Shown: positions 1 to 9,463, counted from the stretch's first letter. The stretch: 54,151 bases of DNA from Candidatus Limnocylindrales bacterium (GCA_038915165.1 JBCLDE010000005.1:1-54151), one strand, 5' to 3'. Notes: generated by a model not told the origin, from the letters alone. Translations and numbers: made by a program.

Positions 1-60
1 GACGTAAGTGTATTGTTGGAACGCTGTACTAGAACGTGCACCGGCCCCGGGGTGCATGGG

Positions 61-1161
61 TCAGCCGGGCGGGACCACGTCCAGGATGATCTTTCCTCGG
101 TTTTGACGGGCGAGAAGGATCGCGAACGCGTCGGCCGCCTGCACCAGCGGGTACCGGCCGTGGATGTTGGCCTGGATCCGTCCGTCTCGGGCGAGGTCGA
201 GCGCATCCTGCTGCGTCACCCGCGTCGCTCCGGACCCACCCAGGATCGAGATCCGCATCCGGAATAACCAGTTCAGGTCGACCTCGACAAGTGGCCCTGC
301 GTGCGACCCACAGACCGCGGCACGGCCGCGCCGGCCCAACGTCTTGAGCGATTCGCGCCAGATCGCCGGATCGCCCGCACTCTCGACGTAGAGGTCGATC
401 CCGTCCGGCGCGAACGCCCGGACCGACGGGGCGAAGGCGGGCTCGGCGCGGTAGTCCACGACGGCATCCGCCCCGATCGACCGCGCGTAGGCCGTTCGCT
501 CGGCGCCGCCCGCGGCCGCGATCACGCGGGCCCCCAGCAACTTGGCTAGCTGCACCGCGGCCGATCCGATCGCCCCGCTGGCACCAGTGACCAGAACCGT
601 CTCGCCGGCGCGGAGACCAGCCCGGTCGCGCATCAGCTGGAGGGCGACCGGAAAGGAATGGGTGATCGCGGTCGCTTCCGCGAAGCCCAGGTCGTCACCG
701 ATCGGGAACGCGTTCTGGGCCGGAACCGACAGGTATTCGGCCATGCCGCCCGGTCGGTGGACGCCGACGTTCTGGGTCATCGGACAGGCGTCGTCGCGAC
801 CCTCGAGGCAATCCTCGCAGCGACCGCATGCGATCCCGGGCTTGACCACCACGCGCTCGCCGGCGGCCGGAGACGCCACGCCATGGCCCTGCGCGACGAC
901 GACACCGGCCGGATCGATGCCCATGACGTGGGGCAGCTCCACCGGATGGCGAGCCTGCGCGAGCCCGCGCATGGTGAACGTATCCTGACGGTTGACGGCG
1001 ACGGTATGGACGCGGATCAGGACCTCACCCGGCGCCGGCTCGGGGATCGGCAGCTCGACGATCGCGAGTCGATCCGGATCGCCGAACCCCGTCAGCACGA
1101 TCGCGCGCATCATGCCGGGGCGCCTCGCGTGCGCATCAGGAGCGGGGCGATCATCGGCCAC
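61..1161 (-). CDS. Medium-chain dehydrogenase/reductase (Zn-binding ADH / quinone oxidoreductase family)
   Basis: Structural Zn lobe CGRCEDCLEGRDDAC, Rossmann GASGAIG, C-terminal GKIIL; the catalytic-Zn GHE motif is replaced by GID. Confidence 0.9.
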   Translation of the reverse strand: MADDRPAPDAHARRPGMMRAIVLTGFGDPDRLAIVELPIPEPAPGEVLIRVHTVAVNRQDTFTMRGLAQARHPVELPHVMGIDPAGVVVAQGHGVASPAAGERVVVKPGIACGRCEDCLEGRDDACPMTQNVGVHRPGGMAEYLSVPAQNAFPIGDDLGFAEATAITHSFPVALQLMRDRAGLRAGETVLVTGASGAIGSAAVQLAKLLGARVIAAAGGAERTAYARSIGADAVVDYRAEPAFAPSVRAFAPDGIDLYVESAGDPAIWRESLKTLGRRGRAAVCGSHAGPLVEVDLNWLFRMRISILGGSGATRVTQQDALDLARDGRIQANIHGRYPLVQAADAFAILLARQNRGKIILDVVPPG

Positions 1162-1178
1162 GGGTTGACCCTTTCGTC

Positions 1179-1424
1179 TCAGGCACCGTCGTCGAGCCAG
1201 CCGATCGGCTGCCCGACCGACACCTCGTCACCGGCTTGCGCGACGATCTCCACGAGCGTGCCCGCGTCGAGCGCCTCCATCTCGACGGTCGACTTCTCGG
1301 TCTCGATCTCGGCGATCACGTCGCCCCTGGTGACCGTGTCGCCGACCGACCGGAGCCAGCCGGCGATCCGGCCGGTTTCCGTGTCGTAGCCGAGGGTCGG
1401 CATGTTGATCGCGATCCGTGCCAT
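1179..1424 (-). CDS. Stand-alone lipoyl/biotinyl carrier domain protein (81 aa)
   Basis: MARIAINMPTLG...GDVIAEIETEKSTVEMEA...G.EV.VGQPI with the lipoyl-Lys motif ETEK; ATG at 1424 overlaps the stop of the upstream E1 beta. Confidence 0.9.
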   Translation of the reverse strand: MARIAINMPTLGYDTETGRIAGWLRSVGDTVTRGDVIAEIETEKSTVEMEALDAGTLVEIVAQAGDEVSVGQPIGWLDDGA

Positions 1425-2443
1425 CAGCCGACCAGGGATCGGACGGCGGCCACGATCTTCTCCTCGGTCGGCTCGACATAATGCTCGAGCGGCGGGCTGA
1501 ACGGGATCGGCACGTCGAGGGTGGCGACCCGTCGGATCGGGCCACGCAGTGCGTCGAATGCGTGTTCGGCCACGAGCGCGCTGATCTCCGCGCCGATCCC
1601 GCAGCTTTGATGACATTCGTCCACGACGACGAGGCGTCCCGTCCGCCCAACGGACCCAAGGATGGTGTCAAGGTCGAGCGGGACCAACGTTCGCGGGTCG
1701 ACGACCTCGGCGCTGATGCCGTCCGCAGCGAGCGTCTCGGCGGCGGCGAGCGCCTTCACGACCATGTACGAGGTCGCGACGATCGTCACGTCCGTCCCGA
1801 CGCGCTTGATGTCCGCGACTCCGAAGGGGATCGCCTCTGGCTCGTCGGGAAGCGGACCTATCGTGTCGAAGAGCTTGACGTGATCCGCCCACAGGACCGG
1901 GTTGTCGCTGGCGACCGCGGTGTGGAGTAGGCCGCGGACGTCGCGCGGCGTGGAGGGGGTCATGATCTGGATCCCTGGGGTGTTCATCAGCATCGCCTGC
2001 GGGCTGTGCGAATGCTGTGCGGCGCCGCCACCACGGATCCCGTGATTGACGTGGATGACCATCGGCACCCGCGTCTGACCACCGGTCATGTAGTGGATAT
2101 TCGCGGCCTCGTTCACGACTTGGCTGAACGCCTGAAAGATGAAGCTCGCGGTGGCGACGTCGACGATCGGGCGGAGACCGGAGATCGCGGCGCCGATGCC
2201 GGTCCCGACATAGCCGACCTCCGCGATCGGGGGGTCCCAGACGCGGTCCGGAAAGCGCTCCCGGATCTTTACGGTCAGGCTGCGATGCCTGGTCAGGCCG
2301 AAGAAGTACTGGCCCATCAGATACACCGTCGGATCGGCGGCGAGGACCTCCGTCAGGCCGCGAGCCATGCCCTCCGCGTACGTCCGCTCCGGCATCGGCG
2401 GGACGGCGTCCCCGACGACGGCCCTCGGGTCAGGCGAAGACAT
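1424..2443 (-). CDS. 2-oxoacid/acetoin dehydrogenase E1 beta subunit (copy 2, divergent)
   Basis: PIAE, G.RP.V, AAQHS, G.D.TIVA, D.RTL.PLD, TGRLVVVDE motifs; start either 2443 (MSSPDP) or 2395 (MPERTY). Confidence 0.9.
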   Translation of the reverse strand: MSSPDPRAVVGDAVPPMPERTYAEGMARGLTEVLAADPTVYLMGQYFFGLTRHRSLTVKIRERFPDRVWDPPIAEVGYVGTGIGAAISGLRPIVDVATASFIFQAFSQVVNEAANIHYMTGGQTRVPMVIHVNHGIRGGGAAQHSHSPQAMLMNTPGIQIMTPSTPRDVRGLLHTAVASDNPVLWADHVKLFDTIGPLPDEPEAIPFGVADIKRVGTDVTIVATSYMVVKALAAAETLAADGISAEVVDPRTLVPLDLDTILGSVGRTGRLVVVDECHQSCGIGAEISALVAEHAFDALRGPIRRVATLDVPIPFSPPLEHYVEPTEEKIVAAVRSLVG

Positions 2444-3449
2444 GATCGAGGGCCTCCCGGGGGTCGGGGTATGGGCTCTCCAGTGCGAACGTGATGGCCG
2501 CGACCATCTCGCTCCGTGCCGCGTCATCGATCGCACGCACGGTGTCGGGAGTCGCGCGACCCGCCTCGACCAGATCGGCGATGTAGCGGAGCACGCCGTC
2601 CTGACGCTCGTGCCAGGCTCGGTGTTCGTCGGGGATGCGGGTCGGATCCCAGGCCATCGACACGTCCGTCTCACCGGTCAGCAGCTGGGGCCAGAGCGGC
2701 CGGTTGCCAGGCCAGCGAACGGTCCGGGTCTCGAGGAAGCTCGGGCCGCCACCCGTGCGCGCACGCTCGATGGCGCGAGCCATGGCGCCATCGACGGCCG
2801 CGGGGTCCGTCCCGTCAAGGACCTCGAACGGGATCCCGAATGGCGCGACGAGGTCGGTGAGCTCGACGGCGGCGAGCGTCGACGACGGGTACTCGTTGGC
2901 TTTCTGGCCGAGCGCCTCCAGGCTGTTGTTCTCGCACAGGAAGATCACCGGGACACCGCGCATCGCCGCGATATTCGCGGCCTCGTGCCAGGCACCCTCC
3001 TCGAGCGCGCCGTCGCCGAAGATCGCGACGCTGACCCGGTCCCGCCCGAGCTCCTTGAAGGCGAAGGCGCTCCCGACCGCGATCGGCAACGACCCGCCGA
3101 CACTCGACGACGTTGTCGGGAAGCCGTGCGCCGCCGACGCCAGGTGGAGCGTTCCGCCCTTCCCACGGTTGATGCCTGTGGCCTTGCCGAGGATCTCGGC
3201 GAGCATCCCGGCGGGGTCCACGCCGCGAGCGATCAAATGACCATGATTCCGGTGCGTCGTGTACACGACATCGCCATCCTCGAGCCGGGCGAGTGCGGGC
3301 ACCCCGGTCGCCTCCTGGCCGATGTAGACGTGGAAATGGCCGACGTCGTGATCGCCCGCCAACTTGATCAACGCCTCTTCGAAGCGACGGATCCGGAGCA
3401 TCGTCCGGAGCTGATCGACCAGCTGGTCCGGGGCAAGGTCGGGCAGCAT
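2430..3449 (-). CDS. TPP-dependent dehydrogenase E1 alpha subunit (copy 2, divergent)
   Basis: H..IGQEA, HR.HGH, GKGG..H and TPP motif GDGA..EG...E..N....CENN. Confidence 0.9.
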   Translation of the reverse strand: MLPDLAPDQLVDQLRTMLRIRRFEEALIKLAGDHDVGHFHVYIGQEATGVPALARLEDGDVVYTTHRNHGHLIARGVDPAGMLAEILGKATGINRGKGGTLHLASAAHGFPTTSSSVGGSLPIAVGSAFAFKELGRDRVSVAIFGDGALEEGAWHEAANIAAMRGVPVIFLCENNSLEALGQKANEYPSSTLAAVELTDLVAPFGIPFEVLDGTDPAAVDGAMARAIERARTGGGPSFLETRTVRWPGNRPLWPQLLTGETDVSMAWDPTRIPDEHRAWHERQDGVLRYIADLVEAGRATPDTVRAIDDAARSEMVAAITFALESPYPDPREALDHVFA

Positions 3450-3462
3450 CGCGCTCCTTGGC

Positions 3463-4479
3463 TCAGGGCTCTGTGGCGGGGTCGCCGGGCGTGGCGACCC
3501 CGGGCGAATCGGCGAGCGTGCGGCGGACCGCCTCGACGATCCGCTCCGCGGACGGGATAAACAAGATCTCGAGGTCGGATCCGGCGGGGACGGGCACGAA
3601 CGGCGCGCCGACGCGCTCGATCGGAGCCCGGAGCCTGGCGGCCGCCGCCGCCCCGACGCTTGCCGCGATCTCCGCGCCGAAACCGCCGGTCATCACGGCC
3701 TCGCTCGCGACGACGAGGCGCCCGGTCCGGGCGACGGACGCCACGAGCGTCTCAAGATCGAGCGGCAGCAAGCTGCGCGCGTCGACGACCTCGACCTCGA
3801 TGCCTTCGGCGGCCAGCAGGTCGGCGGCGGCCAGGGCCGTACCAACCATCCGAGACCAGGCGACGACCGTCGCATCTCTCCCCGGGCGGGCGATCGCGGC
3901 ACGGCCGATCGGCACGAGGTGATCGCCGTCCGGGACGTCGCCCTTCGCCCAGTACAGGCCGCGATGCTCGAGGAAGATGACCGGATCGTCGCTGCGGATG
4001 GCGGCCGTGAGCAGGCCCTTCGCGTCCGCCGCGTTCGAGGGTGCTACGACCGTGAGCCCCGGGACGTGGGTGAACCACGCCTCGAGGCTCTGCGAGTGGT
4101 GCGCGCCCATGCCGCCGGCGGCGCCGCCCTGGACACGGACGGTCAGCGGCACGTGGTTCTGGCCGCCCGACATGTACCGCAGCTTCGCCGCGTGGTTGAC
4201 GAGCTGATCCATCGCCAGGGTCATGAAATCCATGAACATGATCTCGAGGACCGGGCGCCGGCCGGCCATCGCCGCGCCGATCGCGAGGCCCATGATGGTC
4301 GCCTCGCTGATCGGGGTGTTCCGGACCCGGCTCTCGCCGTGGACGTCGGCGAGGCCCTTCGTCGCCCCGAACGGGCCACCCATGCTGATGTCCTCGCCGA
4401 GCAGGCAGACCGTCGGGTCGGCGGTGAGCGCCTCGTCCAGCGCCGACCGGATCGCGTCGATGTAGCGCAGCTCAGTCAT
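3463..4479 (-). CDS. 2-oxoacid/acetoin dehydrogenase E1 beta subunit (copy 1)
   Basis: GEDI..GG.FG.T.GL, NTPISE, EIMFMDF, HSQSLE motifs. Confidence 0.93.
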   Translation of the reverse strand: MTELRYIDAIRSALDEALTADPTVCLLGEDISMGGPFGATKGLADVHGESRVRNTPISEATIMGLAIGAAMAGRRPVLEIMFMDFMTLAMDQLVNHAAKLRYMSGGQNHVPLTVRVQGGAAGGMGAHHSQSLEAWFTHVPGLTVVAPSNAADAKGLLTAAIRSDDPVIFLEHRGLYWAKGDVPDGDHLVPIGRAAIARPGRDATVVAWSRMVGTALAAADLLAAEGIEVEVVDARSLLPLDLETLVASVARTGRLVVASEAVMTGGFGAEIAASVGAAAAARLRAPIERVGAPFVPVPAGSDLEILFIPSAERIVEAVRRTLADSPGVATPGDPATEP

Positions 4480-5471
4480 CGGGCGGCGACCACGTCGCGA
4501 AGCAGGTCCTCGACGCTTGGGATCGGCCCGGTCAGGGCTTCGTCTGCGGCCGCGTCAACGCGCGCGCGCGCTTGCGTTGCCAGGGCGACGCCCGTGGCAT
4601 CGTCGACGAGGCGGCGCTCCGCCAGTGCCGTGGCAAACCGCGCGATGGGGTCCTTCTGCTTCCAGTCGGCGAGCTCGGACAGCTCCCGGTACTTCGCGGG
4701 ATCACCCTCGTAGTGGCCTCGCAACCGGTATGTCAGGGCCTCCACGAACGTCGGGCCGCCGCCGGCCCGGGCCCGGGCGACCGCCTCGCCCATGGCCGCG
4801 TGTACCGCGAAGACGTCGTTGCCGTCGACGGTCGATGCCGGCATGCCATAGACACCGGCGTAATCGGCCAGCCGTTCGACCTTCGTGTGCGCGGAAAGTG
4901 GCGTGAACTCGGCATACCCGTTGTTCTCGCAGACGAACACCATCGGCAGCCGCCAGAGGCTCGCGATGTTCAGGGTCTCGTGGAAGGAGCCGGCCTGGCC
5001 GGCGCCGTCGCCGAAGAAGGCGACCGCGATGCGGTCGGACCGTTCGAGGGTCGCCGCCCAGGCGTCGCCGAGGGCGAGTGGCAGGTTGCCCGCGACGACG
5101 CCGGTCGCCGTCGCGAAGCCGACCTCGGGTGCCGCGATGTGCATCGAGCCGCCTTTGCCGCCGCAGTACCCGGTCGTCCGGCCGGCGAGCTCGGCGAGGA
5201 GGCGGACTGGGTCGGCCCCTTTGGCGAGCGCGTGGGCATGGGCGCGATGACCACCGAACACCCGGTCGCCCGGCGCGAGCCGACTGATCGCCCCGACGGC
5301 GCTCCCCTCCTGGCCGATCCCCAGGTGCAGCAGGCCGCGGATCTTTCCCTTCGCGTACAGCTCGGACGCCTTTTCCTCGAAGGCGCGGATCAGCCACATC
5401 CGCTCGAGGAGCGCCCGGCCGACGTCGGCGTCGATGGCGTCCGCCACGGGCAGATGGACGCCGTCGGTCAT
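4476..5471 (-). CDS. TPP-dependent dehydrogenase E1 alpha subunit (copy 1, AcoA/PdhA-like)
   Basis: HLGIGQE, GKGGSMH, FFGDGA...CENN, TYRLRGH..GD. Confidence 0.93.
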   Translation of the reverse strand: MTDGVHLPVADAIDADVGRALLERMWLIRAFEEKASELYAKGKIRGLLHLGIGQEGSAVGAISRLAPGDRVFGGHRAHAHALAKGADPVRLLAELAGRTTGYCGGKGGSMHIAAPEVGFATATGVVAGNLPLALGDAWAATLERSDRIAVAFFGDGAGQAGSFHETLNIASLWRLPMVFVCENNGYAEFTPLSAHTKVERLADYAGVYGMPASTVDGNDVFAVHAAMGEAVARARAGGGPTFVEALTYRLRGHYEGDPAKYRELSELADWKQKDPIARFATALAERRLVDDATGVALATQARARVDAAADEALTGPIPSVEDLLRDVVAAR

Positions 5472-7273
5472 CCGTGCGGGACCGTGCTGACGTCCGCGCC
5501 CCCCGGCGCCGGTGCCCCGTTCGACGACCGCAGGGCCTTCGTCGCGATCTCATCGACCGTCATGGTGTCAGGGTCGATCACGACCTTGTACACGTCGTGC
5601 GCGGCGGTCGGAGAGACGAACTCGTTGCGCACGTCGTCGAGCACGGCCTGCGGGTCGCGCTTGGCCGGATCGCCGACGCCGCCGCCGCCGCCCGACACTT
5701 TGCCGAGGATGTCGCCGTGCGCCACCTTTACCATCCGGTGGCTCTGGGCGTGCGTGCGTTCCTCCCCGTGCCGGATGTACATGTGCGAAAGCGGACCGGG
5801 TTGCCCGCCGCCGGCACCCGGCGGCTGGGTGAGGTCGCCATCCGAGCTGCCGGTCGCGGCGTTGACGTCGGTACCGAGGTTGAGGACCTCCCAGGCCATC
5901 CCGGATCCGCCCCGCCACTGCCCGGCTCCCGACAGGTCTGGCAGAAAATGCCATCTGACGGTCCGCCACGGGAAACGGATCTCGATCTCCTCGACGCTGC
6001 CGCGCTGGATGGAGCCCAGGCCCGACATACCCATGGCGCCCTCGAAGCCGTCGTAGCCCCAGACCGCGCCGCTGCCACCGTCGGCGTCGGTCGTGGTCTG
6101 CACGTAACGCTCGCCGGTCCGCGGATCCGTGCCCGCGAGATAGTGGCCGCGCCGACGACCCCAGCCCGCGACCGCCTTGTCGGGCATGGCCTTGGACAGG
6201 GCACTCACCGTCGCCTCGAGGACCTGCGTCCCGACGTTGACCGGCGAGCCGCCGACCGTCGCCGGGTAGGTCGCGTGGACCACGGTCCCCTCCGGGGCGA
6301 TGACCGTGATCGGGCGCATGCTGCCCTCGTTGTGGAACTCGCTGAAGGCGGGATCGAAGTACAGGAAGCTGCCGGCGACCGCCCGGCTGAAGGTCGAGGA
6401 GTAGGTGCAGTTCACGAACCCCGTGCGCAGACCGTCGCTGCGGCTGAAGTCGAGGATGAGTTCGTCGCCCTTGATCGTCGCGTCGCAGCGCACGGTGACG
6501 TTCTCGTCGAGCACCGTCCCGTCATCGTCCGTCGAGGACTCACCGGAATACGTCCCGTCCGGCACCTGGGCGAGCTGGCCACGGACGCTCGTCTCCATCC
6601 GGTCCAGCATCTCTTCGACGCAGTCGAGGACGCTGTCCTTCCCGTACTTGTCGAGCATCGCGATGATTCGGTTCTCGGCCACGTTGAGGGCCGCCATCAG
6701 GGCGTAGTTGTCGATCTTCACGCCCTCGGGGAACCGGACGTTGTTCCAGATCAACTCGAGAACGTCCGTCCGCTCCACGCCGCGGTCGTAGATCTTGATC
6801 GGCGGGATCATGATCCCTTCGGCGTGGATGTCGTACCCGTTCGGGAAGTAGCCGCCGGGGAACGACCCGCCCGTATCCATCTGATGCCCCCGCGTCAGGG
6901 CGATGAACAAGAGCTCACCGTCGTAGAAGATCGGGCGGAAGAAGCCCCAGTCGGGCAGATGGTTGCAGTAGCCCTTGTACGGGTCGTTCGCGAGGATGAC
7001 ATCGCCCGGGTGCAGGTTCTCGACGCCGAACTTGTCGATGATGTACTTCACCGTGAAGCCCTGCGAGAGGAACATCGACGTCGGGCCCTCGGGGACCGCG
7101 ATGGTCCGGCCCTGGACGTCCCAGATGCCAGCCGCCATGTCGTGGAGCTGCGCGATGAGGTAGCTCTGCGCGGTCCGATCGACGACGTGCCGCATCTCGC
7201 GGCCGATGCTCTGGAACCCGTGCCAGACGGTGGACAGGGTGATCGGGTCGATGTTCCGCGCGGTGGTGCTCAC
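5468..7273 (-). CDS. Hydantoinase B / 5-oxoprolinase-family subunit
   Basis: DPITL, GD....NDPY....HLPD, H.MD.GG, EG..IPP, G.G.WRGG.G, GGGGG.GDP..RD. Confidence 0.92.
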   Translation of the reverse strand: MSTTARNIDPITLSTVWHGFQSIGREMRHVVDRTAQSYLIAQLHDMAAGIWDVQGRTIAVPEGPTSMFLSQGFTVKYIIDKFGVENLHPGDVILANDPYKGYCNHLPDWGFFRPIFYDGELLFIALTRGHQMDTGGSFPGGYFPNGYDIHAEGIMIPPIKIYDRGVERTDVLELIWNNVRFPEGVKIDNYALMAALNVAENRIIAMLDKYGKDSVLDCVEEMLDRMETSVRGQLAQVPDGTYSGESSTDDDGTVLDENVTVRCDATIKGDELILDFSRSDGLRTGFVNCTYSSTFSRAVAGSFLYFDPAFSEFHNEGSMRPITVIAPEGTVVHATYPATVGGSPVNVGTQVLEATVSALSKAMPDKAVAGWGRRRGHYLAGTDPRTGERYVQTTTDADGGSGAVWGYDGFEGAMGMSGLGSIQRGSVEEIEIRFPWRTVRWHFLPDLSGAGQWRGGSGMAWEVLNLGTDVNAATGSSDGDLTQPPGAGGGQPGPLSHMYIRHGEERTHAQSHRMVKVAHGDILGKVSGGGGGVGDPAKRDPQAVLDDVRNEFVSPTAAHDVYKVVIDPDTMTVDEIATKALRSSNGAPAPGGADVSTVPHG

Positions 7274-9393
7274 GAACGGCCTCCTGCCAGGGCCGCGCGG
7301 CGCATCCCGGCGTTCTTGTCAGCCGACCCGGCGCGACGGGTCAGGATGTAGTTCTTCTGGTCGTCCACGCGACAGTCGTAGCGGCTCGGGATGACGACGG
7401 TCGTCGTGGTCTCCTCGATGATCGCCGGGCCCGAGAGGATGTGACCGGCGCCCAGCAGGGCACCGTCGTAGACCGGGGTGTCGACGGCCTCCCCGTCGAA
7501 CCAGCACGTCCGACGACGCTTGAGCGCGCTCGACACGTCGTCCTGCGCCGCTGCGATCCGGCGCAGTTCGAACGCTGCGCGCGGAGTCGTGGCCCGCAGC
7601 CGGAAAGTCAGGAACTCCACGCCTTGCCAGGCCATGTTGAACGTGTAGAGCTGGTTGTGCTTGCTGTGGAAGTTCTCCATCGTCGTTGTGATCGCGTCCC
7701 TCGTCAGGACGCCATCGGGGACCGCGACCTCCACCTCGTGGAACTGGCCGACGTAGCGCAGGTCGGCAGACCGGGCGAAGCGCACGTCCTCAGCTGCGAC
7801 ATCGAGGGCGGCGAAGCCATCGATCGCTTCGCGCTCCATCTCGGCGTACAGGCGGTTCAGCCGCTCGAGGTCCAGTTGGGCGGAACGGGCGATATAGGAG
7901 CGGGCGTAGTTGCGGCCCACATCCATCGCGAACATCCCGAAGGCCGAGTACGTGGCGGCCACCGGCGGGATGATGACGGTCGGGATGTGCAACTGGTCCG
8001 CGATCGATGCTGCGTGGACCGGGCCGGCGCCGCCGCCGGCGACCATCGTGAGGTCCCGCACGTCGTGTCCGCGGCGTGTCGCGACCTCGGTGATCTGGTC
8101 GGCCATATACGAGTTCGCGGTGGTGAAGATGGCGCCAGCGGCTTCCTCCAGCCCGAGGCCGAGCGGCTCGCCGATCGTGCGGACGGCGGCCGCGGCGGCA
8201 TCCGCGTCCAGCGGGATCTCGCCGCCGAGGAAGAAGTCCGCGGGGATATACCCGAGGAGCAGGTCGGCATCAGTCACCGTCGGTCGAGTCCCGCTCTTGC
8301 CGTAGCAAGCGGGCCCCGGATCACCCCCCGCGGACATCGGACCGACACGCAGCAGTCCGATCGAGTCGATCCAGGCGATCGAGCCGCCGCCCGTCCCGCC
8401 AGACTGGATGTCGATCATCTTGATCGCGACCCGCTCGTCCTGGACCCAACCATCGCTGGTCGTTGGGATCTCGCCGTCGCGGACCATGCAGATGTCGAAG
8501 GACGTCCCGCCCATGTCGACCGACAGGATGTCGCCCGTGCCGGTCGCCCGGCCGATCTGGAGGGCGCCCGACGGTGCGGCGGCCGGCCCGGAGCCGATGA
8601 GGTAGACCGCGCGCGGGATGCAGTACTCGACGGTCTCCACGAGGCCGTCCGCCAGCATCATCAGGAGGTTGCCGGTGAAGCCTTCCTCGATCAGGCGGCG
8701 CGACAACGTCCGCAGGTACCGCTCGACCACGGGGCCGGTGTACGCTGAGACGAGGGTCGTCGAGAACCGCTCGAACTCGCGCCAGACCGGCAGGATCTCG
8801 CTGGACGTCGTGATGTACACGTCCTCGCCGAGGACCTCGCGGGCGATCTCCGCGGCGCGGCGCTCGTTGGTCGTGTTGGCGTAGGAGTGCAGGAACCCGA
8901 TGGCGACCGCCTCGACGCCCTCGGCCTTGAGCCGCTCGGCCGCGACGCGGACCTCGTCCTCGTCGAGGGGCGTGATGATCGTGCCGTCGTACGTCGTCCG
9001 CTCGGAGGCCTCCATCCGGAGGTAGCGCGGGGCGAGCGGCTTGTACGGCGGGACGAACACGTTGTACATCGACGTCCGGACGTTCTTGTAGCCGCGGCGG
9101 ATCTCCACGATGTCGCGGAAGTCCCGGGTCGTGATCATGCCGGTCTTCGCGCCGTTGCGATTGATCAGCGTGTTGGTCGCGAGCGTCGTGCCGTGGATGA
9201 TCAGCTCGACCTGGCCGAGGAAGGCGTCCAGCTCAAGCTCGTACCCGACCGCCGCCTTCGTCAGTGCGTTGAGTAATCCGACCGAGGGGTCCGCGGGTGT
9301 GGTCGGCGACTTGAACTGGCGGAGCGTCCCCCCGCCTTCGAGGACGAGGCAGTCGGTGAAGGTGCCACCGACGTCGATCGTGATCCGGTACAT
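7270..9393 (-). CDS. Hydantoinase A / oxoprolinase-family ATP-binding subunit
   Basis: DVGGTFTD, HGTT..TN, SGPAA, DMGGTSFD, GPACYG, PTVTDA; start at MYRIT (9393). Confidence 0.93.
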   Translation of the reverse strand: MYRITIDVGGTFTDCLVLEGGGTLRQFKSPTTPADPSVGLLNALTKAAVGYELELDAFLGQVELIIHGTTLATNTLINRNGAKTGMITTRDFRDIVEIRRGYKNVRTSMYNVFVPPYKPLAPRYLRMEASERTTYDGTIITPLDEDEVRVAAERLKAEGVEAVAIGFLHSYANTTNERRAAEIAREVLGEDVYITTSSEILPVWREFERFSTTLVSAYTGPVVERYLRTLSRRLIEEGFTGNLLMMLADGLVETVEYCIPRAVYLIGSGPAAAPSGALQIGRATGTGDILSVDMGGTSFDICMVRDGEIPTTSDGWVQDERVAIKMIDIQSGGTGGGSIAWIDSIGLLRVGPMSAGGDPGPACYGKSGTRPTVTDADLLLGYIPADFFLGGEIPLDADAAAAAVRTIGEPLGLGLEEAAGAIFTTANSYMADQITEVATRRGHDVRDLTMVAGGGAGPVHAASIADQLHIPTVIIPPVAATYSAFGMFAMDVGRNYARSYIARSAQLDLERLNRLYAEMEREAIDGFAALDVAAEDVRFARSADLRYVGQFHEVEVAVPDGVLTRDAITTTMENFHSKHNQLYTFNMAWQGVEFLTFRLRATTPRAAFELRRIAAAQDDVSSALKRRRTCWFDGEAVDTPVYDGALLGAGHILSGPAIIEETTTTVVIPSRYDCRVDDQKNYILTRRAGSADKNAGMRRAALAGGRS

Positions 9394-9445
9394 GTTCCTC
9401 TCGCAGCGGGCGTGGCCAGCGTTCCAAGTGGCTGGATTGTATCTC

Positions 9446-9463
9446 GATTCTGCATACAGAATC
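9446..9463. promoter_or_regulatory. Imperfect palindrome GATTCTGCATACAGAATC, putative operator upstream of the hydantoinase-E1 operon
   Basis: 7-bp inverted arms around a one-mismatch TGTATACA core. Confidence 0.6.

Noticed and set aside
5474-7351. Long antisense or alternate-frame ORFs (e.g. 5474..7351, 17986..19983, 32859..35570, 43024..44964, 47057..48361)
   Set aside because: They overlap well-supported genes, are Arg/Pro/Gly-rich without motifs, and are expected in high-GC DNA
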